Below the pieces are notes generated by a model. The model had not been told where the DNA came from. It saw only the letters and a program-made list of their open reading frames with translations, and did no database searches. From the sequence record MZ234013.1: 64,000 nucleotides of DNA, one strand, 5' to 3'. A program made the position numbers and the translations under genes. Numbering within the stretch: position 1 is the stretch's first letter; every line of letters begins with the position of its first letter. Of this stretch, positions 21,412 to 30,077 are shown in pieces. This stretch comes from Escherichia phage vB_EcoM-101112UKE3-1.

Positions 21412-22350
21412 ATGTACAATATTAAATGCCTGACCAAAAACGAACAAGCTGAAATTGTTAAATTGTATTCAAGTGGTAATTACACCCAACAGGAATTGGC
21501 TGATTGGCAAGGTGTATCGGTTGACACAATTCGTCGTGTTTTGAAAAATGCTGAAGAAGCTAAACGCTCTAAAGTTACTATTAGCGGTGATATTACAGTT
21601 AAAGTTAATAGCGATGCAGTTATTGCTCCAGTTGCTAAATCTGACATTATTTGGAATGCATCTAAAAAATTCATTTCAATTACTGTTGACGGTGTAACTT
21701 ATAACGCAACTCCTAATACTCATTCAAACTTCCAGGAAATTCTTAATCTGCTTGTAGCGGATAAGTTGGAAGAAGCGGCACAAAAAATTAATGTTCGTCG
21801 CGCTGTTGAAAAATATATTTCAGGCGATGTTCGAATTGAAGGTGGAAGCTTATTCTATCAAAATATTGAATTGCGATCTGGTTTGGTTGATCGTATTCTT
21901 GACTCGATGGAAAAAGGCGAAAACTTTGAATTTTATTTTCCGTTCTTGGAAAATCTGTTGGAAAACCCAAGCCAGAAAGCGGTATCTCGACTCTTTGATT
22001 TCTTGGTAGCAAACGATATTGAAATTACAGAAGATGGTTACTTCTATGCTTGGAAAGTAGTTCGCAGTAATTACTTTGACTGTCATTCAAATACTTTTGA
22101 TAACAGTCCTGGTAAAGTAGTTAAAATGCCACGTACTCGTGTGAATGACGATGATACACAAACTTGTTCTCGTGGTCTGCATGTGTGTTCTAAATCTTAT
22201 ATTCGTCACTTTGGTAGTTCAACCAGTCGAGTTGTAAAAGTTAAAGTGCATCCTCGCGATGTGGTATCAATTCCGATTGATTACAACGACGCTAAAATGC
22301 GTACCTGCCAATACGAAGTAGTTGAAGACGTTACTGAACAATTTAAATAA
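21412..22350 (+). CDS. rIIB: rIIB protein, 312 aa
   Basis: Length 312 aa; adjacent to rIIA. Confidence 0.9.
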   Translation: MYNIKCLTKNEQAEIVKLYSSGNYTQQELADWQGVSVDTIRRVLKNAEEAKRSKVTISGDITVKVNSDAVIAPVAKSDIIWNASKKFISITVDGVTYNATPNTHSNFQEILNLLVADKLEEAAQKINVRRAVEKYISGDVRIEGGSLFYQNIELRSGLVDRILDSMEKGENFEFYFPFLENLLENPSQKAVSRLFDFLVANDIEITEDGYFYAWKVVRSNYFDCHSNTFDNSPGKVVKMPRTRVNDDDTQTCSRGLHVCSKSYIRHFGSSTSRVVKVKVHPRDVVSIPIDYNDAKMRTCQYEVVEDVTEQFK

Positions 22351-22364
22351 GGGCTTCGGCCCTT
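22349..22364 (+). other. GC hairpin AAGGGC-TTCG-GCCCTT (no U tract)
   Basis: Perfect hairpin; same 16-mer recurs at 22578. Confidence 0.6.
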
Positions 22365-22378
22365 AACTGAGGAAAATT

Positions 22379-22573
22379 ATGTTAGGTTATCAAGCACGAG
22401 TAAAAGAAGAATACGATCAATTAATGCTCAAAATTAATGCACTGAGCAAATTTTTAGAAAGCGCAAAGTTTCTAACAGTTAATGCAGTTGAGCAAGAACT
22501 GTTACTTTCGCAGTTTATCTCAATGAAATCTTATGCTGAATGTCTAGAGAAAAGAATTGCACAATTCAAATAA
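22379..22573 (+). CDS. hypothetical protein, 64 aa
   Basis: ORF with GAGGA SD. Confidence 0.5.
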   Translation: MLGYQARVKEEYDQLMLKINALSKFLESAKFLTVNAVEQELLLSQFISMKSYAECLEKRIAQFK

Positions 22574-22577
22574 AATA

Positions 22578-22599
22578 AGGGCTTCGGCCCTTTTGTTTT
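22578..22599 (+). terminator. intrinsic terminator (AAGGGC-TTCG-GCCCTT + TTGTTTT)
   Basis: Hairpin plus U-rich tract. Confidence 0.65.
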
Positions 22600-22659
22600 A
22601 AGAGAAATTATGATTTATTATATGAATACCAGTGATTCAGACATAAAAGGAAAGTTTAA

Positions 22660-23217
22660 ATGCAGAAAACGAATCCGGGGTTACAGAGACTATTTCAGAT
22701 TCCGACATTTACCCTATCGAACAGTGACTTGACTAGTGAAATGAAGGTCAAAATTGCTGATACTGCAAGATACTCTTTAAAACAAAACCCGAACCAGGAT
22801 AAAGCAGAAGTTATTGAAAGATGTCGTATTGCTGTATACGCAGAGTTTTTTGTAGCAGATTGGCTAAGCGGGTATGTTAATAAAGGTCAAGAAGATGTCG
22901 ATGATCCATATACATACGCGTGGGATGTTTTAGCACATCCAAAATACTGTGGGCTTCGTGTAGAAGTTAAGACACATCAAACTGGCTCACGTTGGATTTC
23001 TGTAACAACAGGATGCAGCGGAGAGTATCCATACGGTTCTGGAATAAATCTAGGGCCCATTCTAAATCATCAAGTCGCTGACTGTATAATTATATTCAAC
23101 ACTAAAGAAATTCATCCAGGTGTTATCCAGTACACTCCGAAGTTCATCGGTGACAGAGAAGACCTTCGTAAGGTTGTAAGAAAAAGCAACTACAATGGAT
23201 GGTATCTTTCCATTTAA
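22660..23217 (+). CDS. denB: endonuclease IV (DenB), 185 aa
   Basis: 185 aa; position downstream of rIIB as in T4. Confidence 0.8.
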   Translation: MQKTNPGLQRLFQIPTFTLSNSDLTSEMKVKIADTARYSLKQNPNQDKAEVIERCRIAVYAEFFVADWLSGYVNKGQEDVDDPYTYAWDVLAHPKYCGLRVEVKTHQTGSRWISVTTGCSGEYPYGSGINLGPILNHQVADCIIIFNTKEIHPGVIQYTPKFIGDREDLRKVVRKSNYNGWYLSI

Positions 23218-23235
23218 AAAAATTTTCACAAAACA

Positions 23236-23265
23236 GTTTACATACCACAAGGACCGTGGTACTAT
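23236..23265 (+). promoter_or_regulatory. T4-type early promoter
   Basis: GTTTAC then 18 nt then TACTAT. Confidence 0.55.
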
Positions 23266-23292
23266 ACAACTATCAGCTACGGAGGAGTAAAA

Positions 23293-23556
23293 ATGAAATT
23301 TAAATTTTATTATGCTAAACATAAAATTACCGGTGAATTTATTGCATTTACGACTTCAACTACAGATGAAGGAGATATTTTTACTGCAGTATTTTTATCA
23401 AAATGGGAATCAGATCAACCTTACTTATCATCACGTGAAGATCTCCAACGATTAGTTAATGGAGAATATAATGATTCATGGTCATATTTAGTCCATGATT
23501 GTGTTAAAAAGGCAATAAAACAAAAACACTTGGAAATCGTTGAGATTGAACTATGA
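23293..23556 (+). CDS. hypothetical protein, 87 aa
   Basis: ORF with GGAGGAG SD. Confidence 0.5.
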   Translation: MKFKFYYAKHKITGEFIAFTTSTTDEGDIFTAVFLSKWESDQPYLSSREDLQRLVNGEYNDSWSYLVHDCVKKAIKQKHLEIVEIEL

Positions 23557-23589
23557 GTTCATTATGTTGGTGTTTTGTTTGGTTAATTA

Positions 23590-23699
23590 GTATTCCAGTA
23601 ATTTGTTTAACATTTACTTTTGTGATGAGGTTATTATGAAAATTGTATTCCAGTAATTTGTTTAACATTTACTTTTGTGATGAGGTTATTATGAAAATT
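23590..23699. repeat. perfect tandem duplication, 2 x 55 bp
   Basis: 23590..23644 is identical to 23645..23699. Confidence 0.9.
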
Positions 23700-23789
23700 T
23701 TGAATTCTGTACTTATTGCGTGTGCATGGTGGGTTGCACAAGTTTCGGCAGTAGTGATTGGTATTCACATTTATTACGAATATTTTTAA
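23691..23789 (+). CDS. small hydrophobic peptide, 32 aa (start lies in second repeat copy)
   Basis: ATG with GAGG SD; hydrophobic; short. Confidence 0.3.
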   Translation: MKILNSVLIACAWWVAQVSAVVIGIHIYYEYF

Positions 23790-23796
23790 AAAAGTT

Positions 23797-23826
23797 GTTT
23801 ACAAGACTGTTCTTCCGTGGTACTAT
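23797..23826 (+). promoter_or_regulatory. T4-type early promoter
   Basis: GTTTAC then 18 nt then TACTAT. Confidence 0.55.
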
Positions 23827-23854
23827 TACCCTATCAACTACGGAGGAACAGAAA

Positions 23855-23968
23855 ATGAAAAAGATTGTTAAAGCTATATGGAATGTAGTTATAATACTAA
23901 TAGTTTTGAGTATATTCCCAATCGTTTTAATGATTGATGTATTAAACGTTTACTTTGGATTTATGTGA
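23855..23968 (+). CDS. small membrane protein, 37 aa
   Basis: ATG with GGAGGA SD; hydrophobic. Confidence 0.45.
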   Translation: MKKIVKAIWNVVIILIVLSIFPIVLMIDVLNVYFGFM

Positions 23969-23975
23969 GGAAAAT

Positions 23976-24173
23976 ATGAAGCGTAAACGCAGTGCTTTTA
24001 CATTTATTGAATGGTTTTTCGATAATATTTTTCCGGCTTTATTCATTTTCATGCTGATTTTTGCCTTAGGTTCAGTTGTAGTTGGAATTTATTTGATGAC
24101 GGTAGTCGGAATGGATATTCATCAAAATGGTTTAAAATCCGTGGTTGAAACAATTTGGAATGGTGTAAAATGA
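23976..24173 (+). CDS. small membrane protein, 65 aa
   Basis: ATG with GAGGA SD; hydrophobic. Confidence 0.45.
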   Translation: MKRKRSAFTFIEWFFDNIFPALFIFMLIFALGSVVVGIYLMTVVGMDIHQNGLKSVVETIWNGVK

Positions 24174-24280
24174 TGAATTTGATGAGTGGTTGGTTTTATA
24201 TTCTTATGTTTTACATTGGCGCAAATTTTCCATATTGGATGGGATGGTCAACAACTGCATTTGGATTTTATACTCCTTGA
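24170..24280 (+). CDS. small membrane protein, 36 aa
   Basis: ATG overlapping previous stop; aromatic/hydrophobic. Confidence 0.35.
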   Translation: MMNLMSGWFYILMFYIGANFPYWMGWSTTAFGFYTP

Positions 24281-24288
24281 GGTGAATT

Positions 24289-24504
24289 ATGAAAATCTTT
24301 AAAGATGTAAAAGTTGGTGAAATTTTTTGCTTGGATAGTGGTGATCAGTTAATTCGTATTTCACCTCTTAAGAGCACTAGCGAAAAAATGACAGTTAATG
24401 CTACTTTAGCAAATAACAGTAATGAACGTTTCTGTATTGAAAATGATACTGAAACTTATACCGTAGAAGAGTTTTGGGAATTGAGCGTCGACTGCGACGA
24501 TTAA
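24289..24504 (+). CDS. hypothetical protein, 71 aa
   Basis: ORF with GAGG SD. Confidence 0.45.
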   Translation: MKIFKDVKVGEIFCLDSGDQLIRISPLKSTSEKMTVNATLANNSNERFCIENDTETYTVEEFWELSVDCDD

Positions 24505-24564
24505 TTTAATGGCCGCGTGTATTCATGCGGCCTTGGAGTAGAAAATAATTTAGAGGAAATTAAT

Positions 24565-25023
24565 ATGAAATACATGACTGTTACTGATCTGAATAATGCA
24601 GGCGCTACTGTTATTGGTACAATCAAGGGTGGTGAGTGGTTTTTGGGAACTCCGCATAAAGATATTTTATCTAAACCTGGATTTTATTTTTTAGTAAGTA
24701 AATTAGATGGTCGTCCATTTAGTAATCCATGTGTGTCTGCACGATTTTATGTAGGTAATCAGCGTTCTAAGCAAGGATTCAGTGCAGTTCTAAGTCATAT
24801 TCGTCAACGTCGGTCTCAGCTTGCACGTACTATTGCAAATAACAATATGGTATACACAGTATTTTATCTGCCTGCTTCTAAGATGAAACCTCTGACGACG
24901 GGATTTGGAAAAGGACAGTTAGCTTTAGCGTTTACTCGTAATCATCATTCTGAGTATCAAACACTTGAAGAAATGAACCGTATGTTGGCTGATAATTTTA
25001 AATTCGTTTTGCAGGCGTATTAA
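24565..25023 (+). CDS. ndd: nucleoid disruption protein Ndd
   Basis: Sequence recognised as T4 Ndd; ATG with GAGGA SD. Confidence 0.85.
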
Positions 25024-25103
25024 TGAGTAATTTCCACAACGAACACGTGATGCAGTTCTATCGTAATAATCTTAAAACTAAAGGCGTCTTCGGACGCCAG
25101 TGA
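25023..25103 (+). CDS. stp: Stp peptide (26 aa; modulator of the host EcoprrI/PrrC system)
   Basis: 26-codon [29 protein letters not shown] recognised as T4 Stp; overlaps ndd stop (TAATG). Confidence 0.8.
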
Positions 25104-25110
25104 GGAAAAT

Positions 25111-25269
25111 ATGAATATCGCAAAATTATTAGGAGTTATTTCATTTATTTGTTGGATAGTAGCATGTGTTTTAACTATCTGTATTGATGCCAGCAGTGTG
25201 TTTTCGCAAGCTTTAGCTCAGGGTATGTGTGCATATTTAACATTTGTGTTGTTATCTACTAATGATTAA
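25111..25269 (+). CDS. small membrane protein, 52 aa (position of T4 ac)
   Basis: ATG with GAGGA SD; hydrophobic; ac assignment is positional. Confidence 0.5.
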   Translation: MNIAKLLGVISFICWIVACVLTICIDASSVFSQALAQGMCAYLTFVLLSTND

Positions 25270-25402
25270 GAAAATCTTGGGCTATTCATTAGCCCTTGCT
25301 ATTTTATTGATAGCATTATATTACGGAATAATGTTCGGATTAATTCAAGTCGTGCTTTTCATTTCTGATGTTATTATGGCACTACATTCACTAGTATGGT
25401 AA
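25262..25402 (+). CDS. small membrane protein, 46 aa
   Basis: Overlapping ORF with hydrophobic sequence. Confidence 0.4.
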   Translation: MIKKILGYSLALAILLIALYYGIMFGLIQVVLFISDVIMALHSLVW

Positions 25403-25406
25403 ATTT

Positions 25407-26735
25407 ATGCAACTGAATAATCGTGATTTAAAAAGTATCATTGATAATGAAGCATTGGCTTATGCTATGTACACGGTTGAAAATCGTGCCATTCCAAATA
25501 TGATTGACGGATTTAAGCCAGTTCAACGATTTGTTATTGCTCGAGCTCTTGATTTGGCACGAGGAAATAAAGATAAGTTTCACAAACTCGCTTCTATCGC
25601 AGGCGGTGTAGCGGACCTTGGATATCATCATGGTGAAAACTCTGCGCAAGACGCAGGTGCTTTGATGGCTAACACTTGGAATAATAACTTTCCTCTGTTA
25701 GACGGTCAAGGAAACTTTGGTTCTCGTACTGTCCAAAAGGCAGCAGCAAGTCGTTATATTTTTGCTCGTGTAAGTAAAAATTTCTATAACGTATATAAAG
25801 ATACTGAATATGCTCCAGTACATCAAGATAAAGAACACATTCCGCCTGCTTTCTATTTGCCTATTATTCCTACTGTTCTTCTTAATGGCGTTTCCGGTAT
25901 TGCAACTGGTTATGCAACTTACATTCTTCCTCATAGTGTTTCTTCTGTCAAGAAAGCTGTACTGCAAGCTCTTCAAGGAAAGAAAGTAACTAAACCGAAG
26001 GTAGAATTCCCAGAATTTCGTGGTGAAGTCGTTGAAATTGATGGGCAATATGAAATTCGTGGAACATATAAGTTTACTTCACGAACTCAAATGCATATCA
26101 CTGAGATTCCATATAAGTATGATCGTGAAACTTATGTGAGTAAAATCTTAGACCCGCTTGAAGATAAAGGCTTCATTACATGGGATGATGCTTGTGGTGA
26201 GCATGGCTTTGGCTTCAAAGTTAAATTCCGAAAAGAATACTCTTTGAGCGATAATGAAGAAGAACGCCATGCAAAAATTATGAAAGACTTCGGGTTGATT
26301 GAGCGTCGTTCCCAGAATATTACCGTCATTAATGAGAAAGGAAAGCTGCAAGTTTACGATAATGTAGTTGATTTAATCAAAGACTTCGTTGAAGTTCGTA
26401 AAACTTATGTCCAAAAACGAATTGATAACAAAATCAAAGAAACTGAATCAGCATTTCGTTTAGCTTTTGCCAAGGCACATTTCATTAAGAAAGTAATTTC
26501 AGGTGAAATTGTTGTACAAGGTAAAACTCGCAAAGAACTGACCGAAGAACTTTCTAAAATTGATATGTATTCTTCTTATGTTGATAAACTAGTTGGAATG
26601 AACATTTTTCATATGACTTCCGACGAAGCAAAGAAACTTGCTGAAGAAGCTAAAGCCAAAAAAGAAGAAAACGAATATTGGAAAACTACTGATGTAGTTA
26701 CAGAATACACCAAAGATTTAGAGGAAATCAAATGA
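25407..26735 (+). CDS. 52: DNA topoisomerase II medium subunit gp52 (GyrA-like), 442 aa
   Basis: Sequence and length match T4 gp52. Confidence 0.92.
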   Translation: MQLNNRDLKSIIDNEALAYAMYTVENRAIPNMIDGFKPVQRFVIARALDLARGNKDKFHKLASIAGGVADLGYHHGENSAQDAGALMANTWNNNFPLLDGQGNFGSRTVQKAAASRYIFARVSKNFYNVYKDTEYAPVHQDKEHIPPAFYLPIIPTVLLNGVSGIATGYATYILPHSVSSVKKAVLQALQGKKVTKPKVEFPEFRGEVVEIDGQYEIRGTYKFTSRTQMHITEIPYKYDRETYVSKILDPLEDKGFITWDDACGEHGFGFKVKFRKEYSLSDNEEERHAKIMKDFGLIERRSQNITVINEKGKLQVYDNVVDLIKDFVEVRKTYVQKRIDNKIKETESAFRLAFAKAHFIKKVISGEIVVQGKTRKELTEELSKIDMYSSYVDKLVGMNIFHMTSDEAKKLAEEAKAKKEENEYWKTTDVVTEYTKDLEEIK

Positions 26736-26881
26736 GTCCATTCATTGGTATCACAAGCGCTGCACTAGTATCTGGTGGCATTTTACTGGCGGGTTTAGGT
26801 GTTGTTCCTGCCGTAGCAGGAGGTCTTCTTGCGTTCGGAATTCAACGTGTTATCATGACAGTTATCACAGTCATGCAGTAA
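26732..26881 (+). CDS. small membrane protein, 49 aa
   Basis: ATG overlapping 52 stop (ATGA); Gly/Ala-rich hydrophobic. Confidence 0.45.
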   Translation: MSPFIGITSAALVSGGILLAGLGVVPAVAGGLLAFGIQRVIMTVITVMQ

Positions 26882-26886
26882 TTTTA

Positions 26887-26913
26887 GGGAGAGCCTCGGC
26901 TCTCCCTTTTTTA
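26887..26913 (+). terminator. intrinsic terminator (GGGAGAGCC-TCG-GCTCTCCC + T6)
   Basis: Hairpin plus U tract. Confidence 0.75.
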
Positions 26914-26937
26914 TTTCAAAAATTTTTTCACAAAACG

Positions 26938-26967
26938 GTTTACAACCAAAGCATACTGTGGTACTAT
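26938..26967 (+). promoter_or_regulatory. T4-type early promoter
   Basis: GTTTAC then 18 nt then TACTAT. Confidence 0.55.
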
Positions 26968-27016
26968 ACAACTATCAAATAAATGAACTGAAACAAACAA
27001 CCCGGAGATACAAAAA

Positions 27017-27244
27017 ATGAAATTTAAAATCGAAAACGAAATCGTTAAAGCTAAAAATGCTCTGACTGCTAACAAACTGGTTGTAGATGGTATTGAATAT
27101 GATATCTGTGGAGTTCGTGAAGAAAAACCTGGTGTTCTGACTTTCTTCACAATGATTTTTAAATTTAAAGGTGACACAGAATTCAAACAGTTTGATTTTG
27201 CCCATGAAGACGAAATCGAAGTTCGTAATCTGAACATTAAGTAA
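27017..27244 (+). CDS. hypothetical protein, 75 aa
   Basis: ORF with GGAGA SD. Confidence 0.5.
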   Translation: MKFKIENEIVKAKNALTANKLVVDGIEYDICGVREEKPGVLTFFTMIFKFKGDTEFKQFDFAHEDEIEVRNLNIK

Positions 27245-27283
27245 GTACTTTATTAGAGCTCTTGAAAAAGAGTGCAAAAAAGT

Positions 27284-27312
27284 GTTTACTTCTGCTTTAA
27301 ACATGATACTAT
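27284..27312 (+). promoter_or_regulatory. T4-type early promoter
   Basis: GTTTAC then 17 nt then TACTAT. Confidence 0.55.
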
Positions 27313-27349
27313 AGACCTATCAAATAAATGAACTGAAACGGAGATTAAA

Positions 27350-27985
27350 ATGTCTAAAGTAACTTACATCATCAAAGCTTCTAACGATGTTCTGAATGAA
27401 AAAACTGCTGCGATTTTAATTACCATTGCTAAGAAAGATTTCATTACAGCTGCAGAAGTTCGTGAGGTGCATCCAGATTTAGGTAACGCAGTAGTTAATA
27501 GTAATATTGGGGTATTGATTAAAAAAGGCCTGGTGGAGAAATCTGGTGATGGATTAATCATTACAGGTGAAGCTCAAGATATTATTTCAAACGCAGCAAC
27601 TTTATACGCGCAGGAAAATGCTCCGGAACTACTGAAAAAACGAGCAACTCGTAAAGCTCGTGAGATTACTTCTGATATGGAAGAAGATAAAGACCTCATG
27701 TTAAAACTTTTAGATGAAAATGGATTTGTTCTTAAAAAGGTTGAAACTTATCGTAGTAATTATCTTGCCATTTTAGAAAAACGCACTCACGGAATTCGTA
27801 ATTTTGAAATTAACAATAATGGAAATATGCGAATTTTTGGATACAAAATGATGGAACATCATATTCAGAAATTTACTGATATCGGAATGTCATGTAAAAT
27901 CGCTAAAAACGGTAATGTGTATCTTGACATTAAACGCTCGGCAGAAAACATTGAAGCTGTAATCACTGTAGCATCTGAACTGTGA
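27350..27985 (+). CDS. motA: MotA middle-transcription activator, 211 aa
   Basis: Sequence and length match T4 MotA. Confidence 0.9.
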   Translation: MSKVTYIIKASNDVLNEKTAAILITIAKKDFITAAEVREVHPDLGNAVVNSNIGVLIKKGLVEKSGDGLIITGEAQDIISNAATLYAQENAPELLKKRATRKAREITSDMEEDKDLMLKLLDENGFVLKKVETYRSNYLAILEKRTHGIRNFEINNNGNMRIFGYKMMEHHIQKFTDIGMSCKIAKNGNVYLDIKRSAENIEAVITVASEL

Positions 27986-27995
27986 GGAATAAATA

Positions 27996-28325
27996 ATGAA
28001 CAAGTTAGAAATTGTCAATGAACTTCGTCGTTGTGTAGAACCTACTCAAGAGGGTTGGGACATCTGGTACCATGGAGCTTATCTTGGAACTATCGTAAAG
28101 ATTAAGACTGGTAAATACATGATTATTCGTGAAAGTAAAGATGCTCCAGTAGGTATTCGCAATAATTTTATGGCAGCGATAAGTTCATTTACGGATGCAG
28201 CTTACGAAATTTACCTTGCTGATTATAAAGAATTTCAGGAATCTCAACCAGTTATTCGTTCAATTGGTGTTAACAAAGCTCAACAGAAAACTTTATGGCA
28301 ACGTATTAAAGGATGGTTTAAATGA
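27996..28325 (+). CDS. hypothetical protein, 109 aa
   Basis: ORF. Confidence 0.5.
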   Translation: MNKLEIVNELRRCVEPTQEGWDIWYHGAYLGTIVKIKTGKYMIIRESKDAPVGIRNNFMAAISSFTDAAYEIYLADYKEFQESQPVIRSIGVNKAQQKTLWQRIKGWFK

Positions 28326-28783
28326 ACCCATTTATTAATCGTTTAAAAATGCTGAATGTTCCTTTATGTCGTGAAACTCCAGAAAGTCTTGTTGAAAAAT
28401 TTAAAGCGCATGGTTATAAATGCACAGAAGAAGATATTCTAAAAGAAGTTCCTGAAATCTGTTGGCAGACCGCATACTGGGATGAAAACCAAAAGTATCA
28501 ACGACGAATTGTTTGTGCCGCCAACCGTTTTAAATTAAAAGATGGACGAACTCTTGTTATTCCAGGTGCTCGTCATTATTCTAAAGATATGGCAGAAGTT
28601 TTAGATGTAGTTAAACCCCAATTAGTTACTCAGCAAGTTTGTGATGATGACCAAGGGTTTATTGATCAGTATAGCAATTACTGGACACGTGAAGAAGCAA
28701 TGATTATTGCAACTTACGCCGGACAAGTACGTATTGAACGTGGTGGTAGTGAAAAAGAACTTTACTCTGAGGACCTTTACTAA
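28322..28783 (+). CDS. hypothetical protein, 153 aa
   Basis: ORF overlapping neighbours by 4 nt. Confidence 0.5.
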   Translation: MNPFINRLKMLNVPLCRETPESLVEKFKAHGYKCTEEDILKEVPEICWQTAYWDENQKYQRRIVCAANRFKLKDGRTLVIPGARHYSKDMAEVLDVVKPQLVTQQVCDDDQGFIDQYSNYWTREEAMIIATYAGQVRIERGGSEKELYSEDLY

Positions 28784-29079
28784 TGAATATTAAAAAGTTT
28801 CAAATTGATGGAATTAAGAATCAAATCCAGGCGTTGGAATATGCCAATAAAATGATGTCAACTAATTGGGGAATTTATGCCAATGAACCGGCATTTCAGT
28901 TCTGTGATATGGAATTCACCAAAAAGCTCGTAGGAAAAGATTATGTATGTCCATTTAGTTCTCCAGTAAATGGAATGTTAAAACCTGCTTTACGCGATCT
29001 TTATATTGCGATGAACGAAGAAATGATAAAAGAACTAAAACGTCAACTGAAGGTGATTCAATTTGGCCAGGGAAATTAA
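28783..29079 (+). CDS. hypothetical protein, 98 aa
   Basis: ORF. Confidence 0.5.
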   Translation: MNIKKFQIDGIKNQIQALEYANKMMSTNWGIYANEPAFQFCDMEFTKKLVGKDYVCPFSSPVNGMLKPALRDLYIAMNEEMIKELKRQLKVIQFGQGN

Positions 29080-29281
29080 TTCAAAATCCGATTATTTTAA
29101 TTCTCTCAATGATAAAGATAAAAATCTAATAAGACATTTTATTGTTGAGATGGGATATACTGACACACGCGATTTAAGAGAACATATATTTGAATGTGGT
29201 GTAGCTAAAAAGTTTTCATTCACGTGCAAATGTTTGAGAGAGGTAATTCAGCACTATGAACAATTTAGTCGCAAAACATAA
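29063..29281 (+). CDS. hypothetical protein (start uncertain: TTG at 29063 or ATG at 29150)
   Basis: ORF track entry with non-ATG start. Confidence 0.3.
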   Translation: MAREINSKSDYFNSLNDKDKNLIRHFIVEMGYTDTRDLREHIFECGVAKKFSFTCKCLREVIQHYEQFSRKT

Positions 29282-29364
29282 TTTTAATAGAGCTTCTGTC
29301 CATAAAGATAAGAAGAAAGCGTTTAAAGAATCTAATCGCAAACAGAAACATAAGGGGAAGGTTT

Positions 29365-29643
29365 ATGATTATTGATTCTCAGTCTGTGGTTCAATATACA
29401 ATCAAAATTGATATTCTAGAAAAGCTATATAAGTTTCTACCAAATTTATACCACTCAATTGTCGATGAATTAGTTGAAGAACTACATCTTGAAAATAATG
29501 ATTTCTTGGTTGGAACTTATAAAGATAACTCAAAGGCGGGATATTTTTACGTAATTCCAGCTCCAGGAAAAAGTATTGATGATGTATTAAAAACTATAAT
29601 GATTTATATCCATGATTACGAAATTGAAGATTATTTTGAATGA
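29365..29643 (+). CDS. arn: Arn, anti-restriction inhibitor of McrBC, 92 aa
   Basis: Sequence recognised as T4 Arn; position upstream of asiA. Confidence 0.8.
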   Translation: MIIDSQSVVQYTIKIDILEKLYKFLPNLYHSIVDELVEELHLENNDFLVGTYKDNSKAGYFYVIPAPGKSIDDVLKTIMIYIHDYEIEDYFE

Positions 29644-29792
29644 GTCATAATCTTGAAAAGGTAATCGAGCATAATGTAGCTCAGGAACGTGAGTCGTTCA
29701 AGGAATTCGTAGAAAAAATTTTTGAAGAAAATAACACAGACCAGTTTACAAATCAAGCGTCTGATGATATTATAACAAAGTCAACTAATTGA
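29640..29792 (+). CDS. hypothetical acidic protein, 50 aa
   Basis: ATG overlapping arn stop (ATGA). Confidence 0.4.
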   Translation: MSHNLEKVIEHNVAQERESFKEFVEKIFEENNTDQFTNQASDDIITKSTN

Positions 29793-29804
29793 GTGGTATA
29801 GTTA

Positions 29805-30077
29805 ATGAATAAAAACATTGATACAGTTCGTGAAATTATTACTGTTGCATCTATTTTGATTAAATTTTCTAGAGAAGATATTGTTGAAAATCGTGCTAAT
29901 TTTATTGCATTTCTGAATGAGATTGGAGTAACGCATGAAGGTAGAAAGTTAAATCAGAATTCATTCCGTAAAATTGTTTCTGAATTAACTCAAGAAGATA
30001 AGAAAACCCTCATCGACGAATTCAACGAGGGTTTTGAGGGTGTATATCGATATCTAGAGATGTATACAAACAAATAA
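29805..30077 (+). CDS. asiA: AsiA anti-sigma70 factor, 90 aa
   Basis: Sequence matches T4 AsiA (MNKNIDTVREIITVASILIKF...). Confidence 0.92.
   Translation: MNKNIDTVREIITVASILIKFSREDIVENRANFIAFLNEIGVTHEGRKLNQNSFRKIVSELTQEDKKTLIDEFNEGFEGVYRYLEMYTNK

Noticed and set aside
23590-23699. Possible CRISPR-like array
   Set aside because: Only two perfect tandem copies with no spacers and no cas genes; it is a simple duplication.
24511-24532. Hairpin GGCCGC-N10-GCGGCC upstream of ndd as a terminator
   Set aside because: No U tract follows; more likely an mRNA structural element than a terminator.
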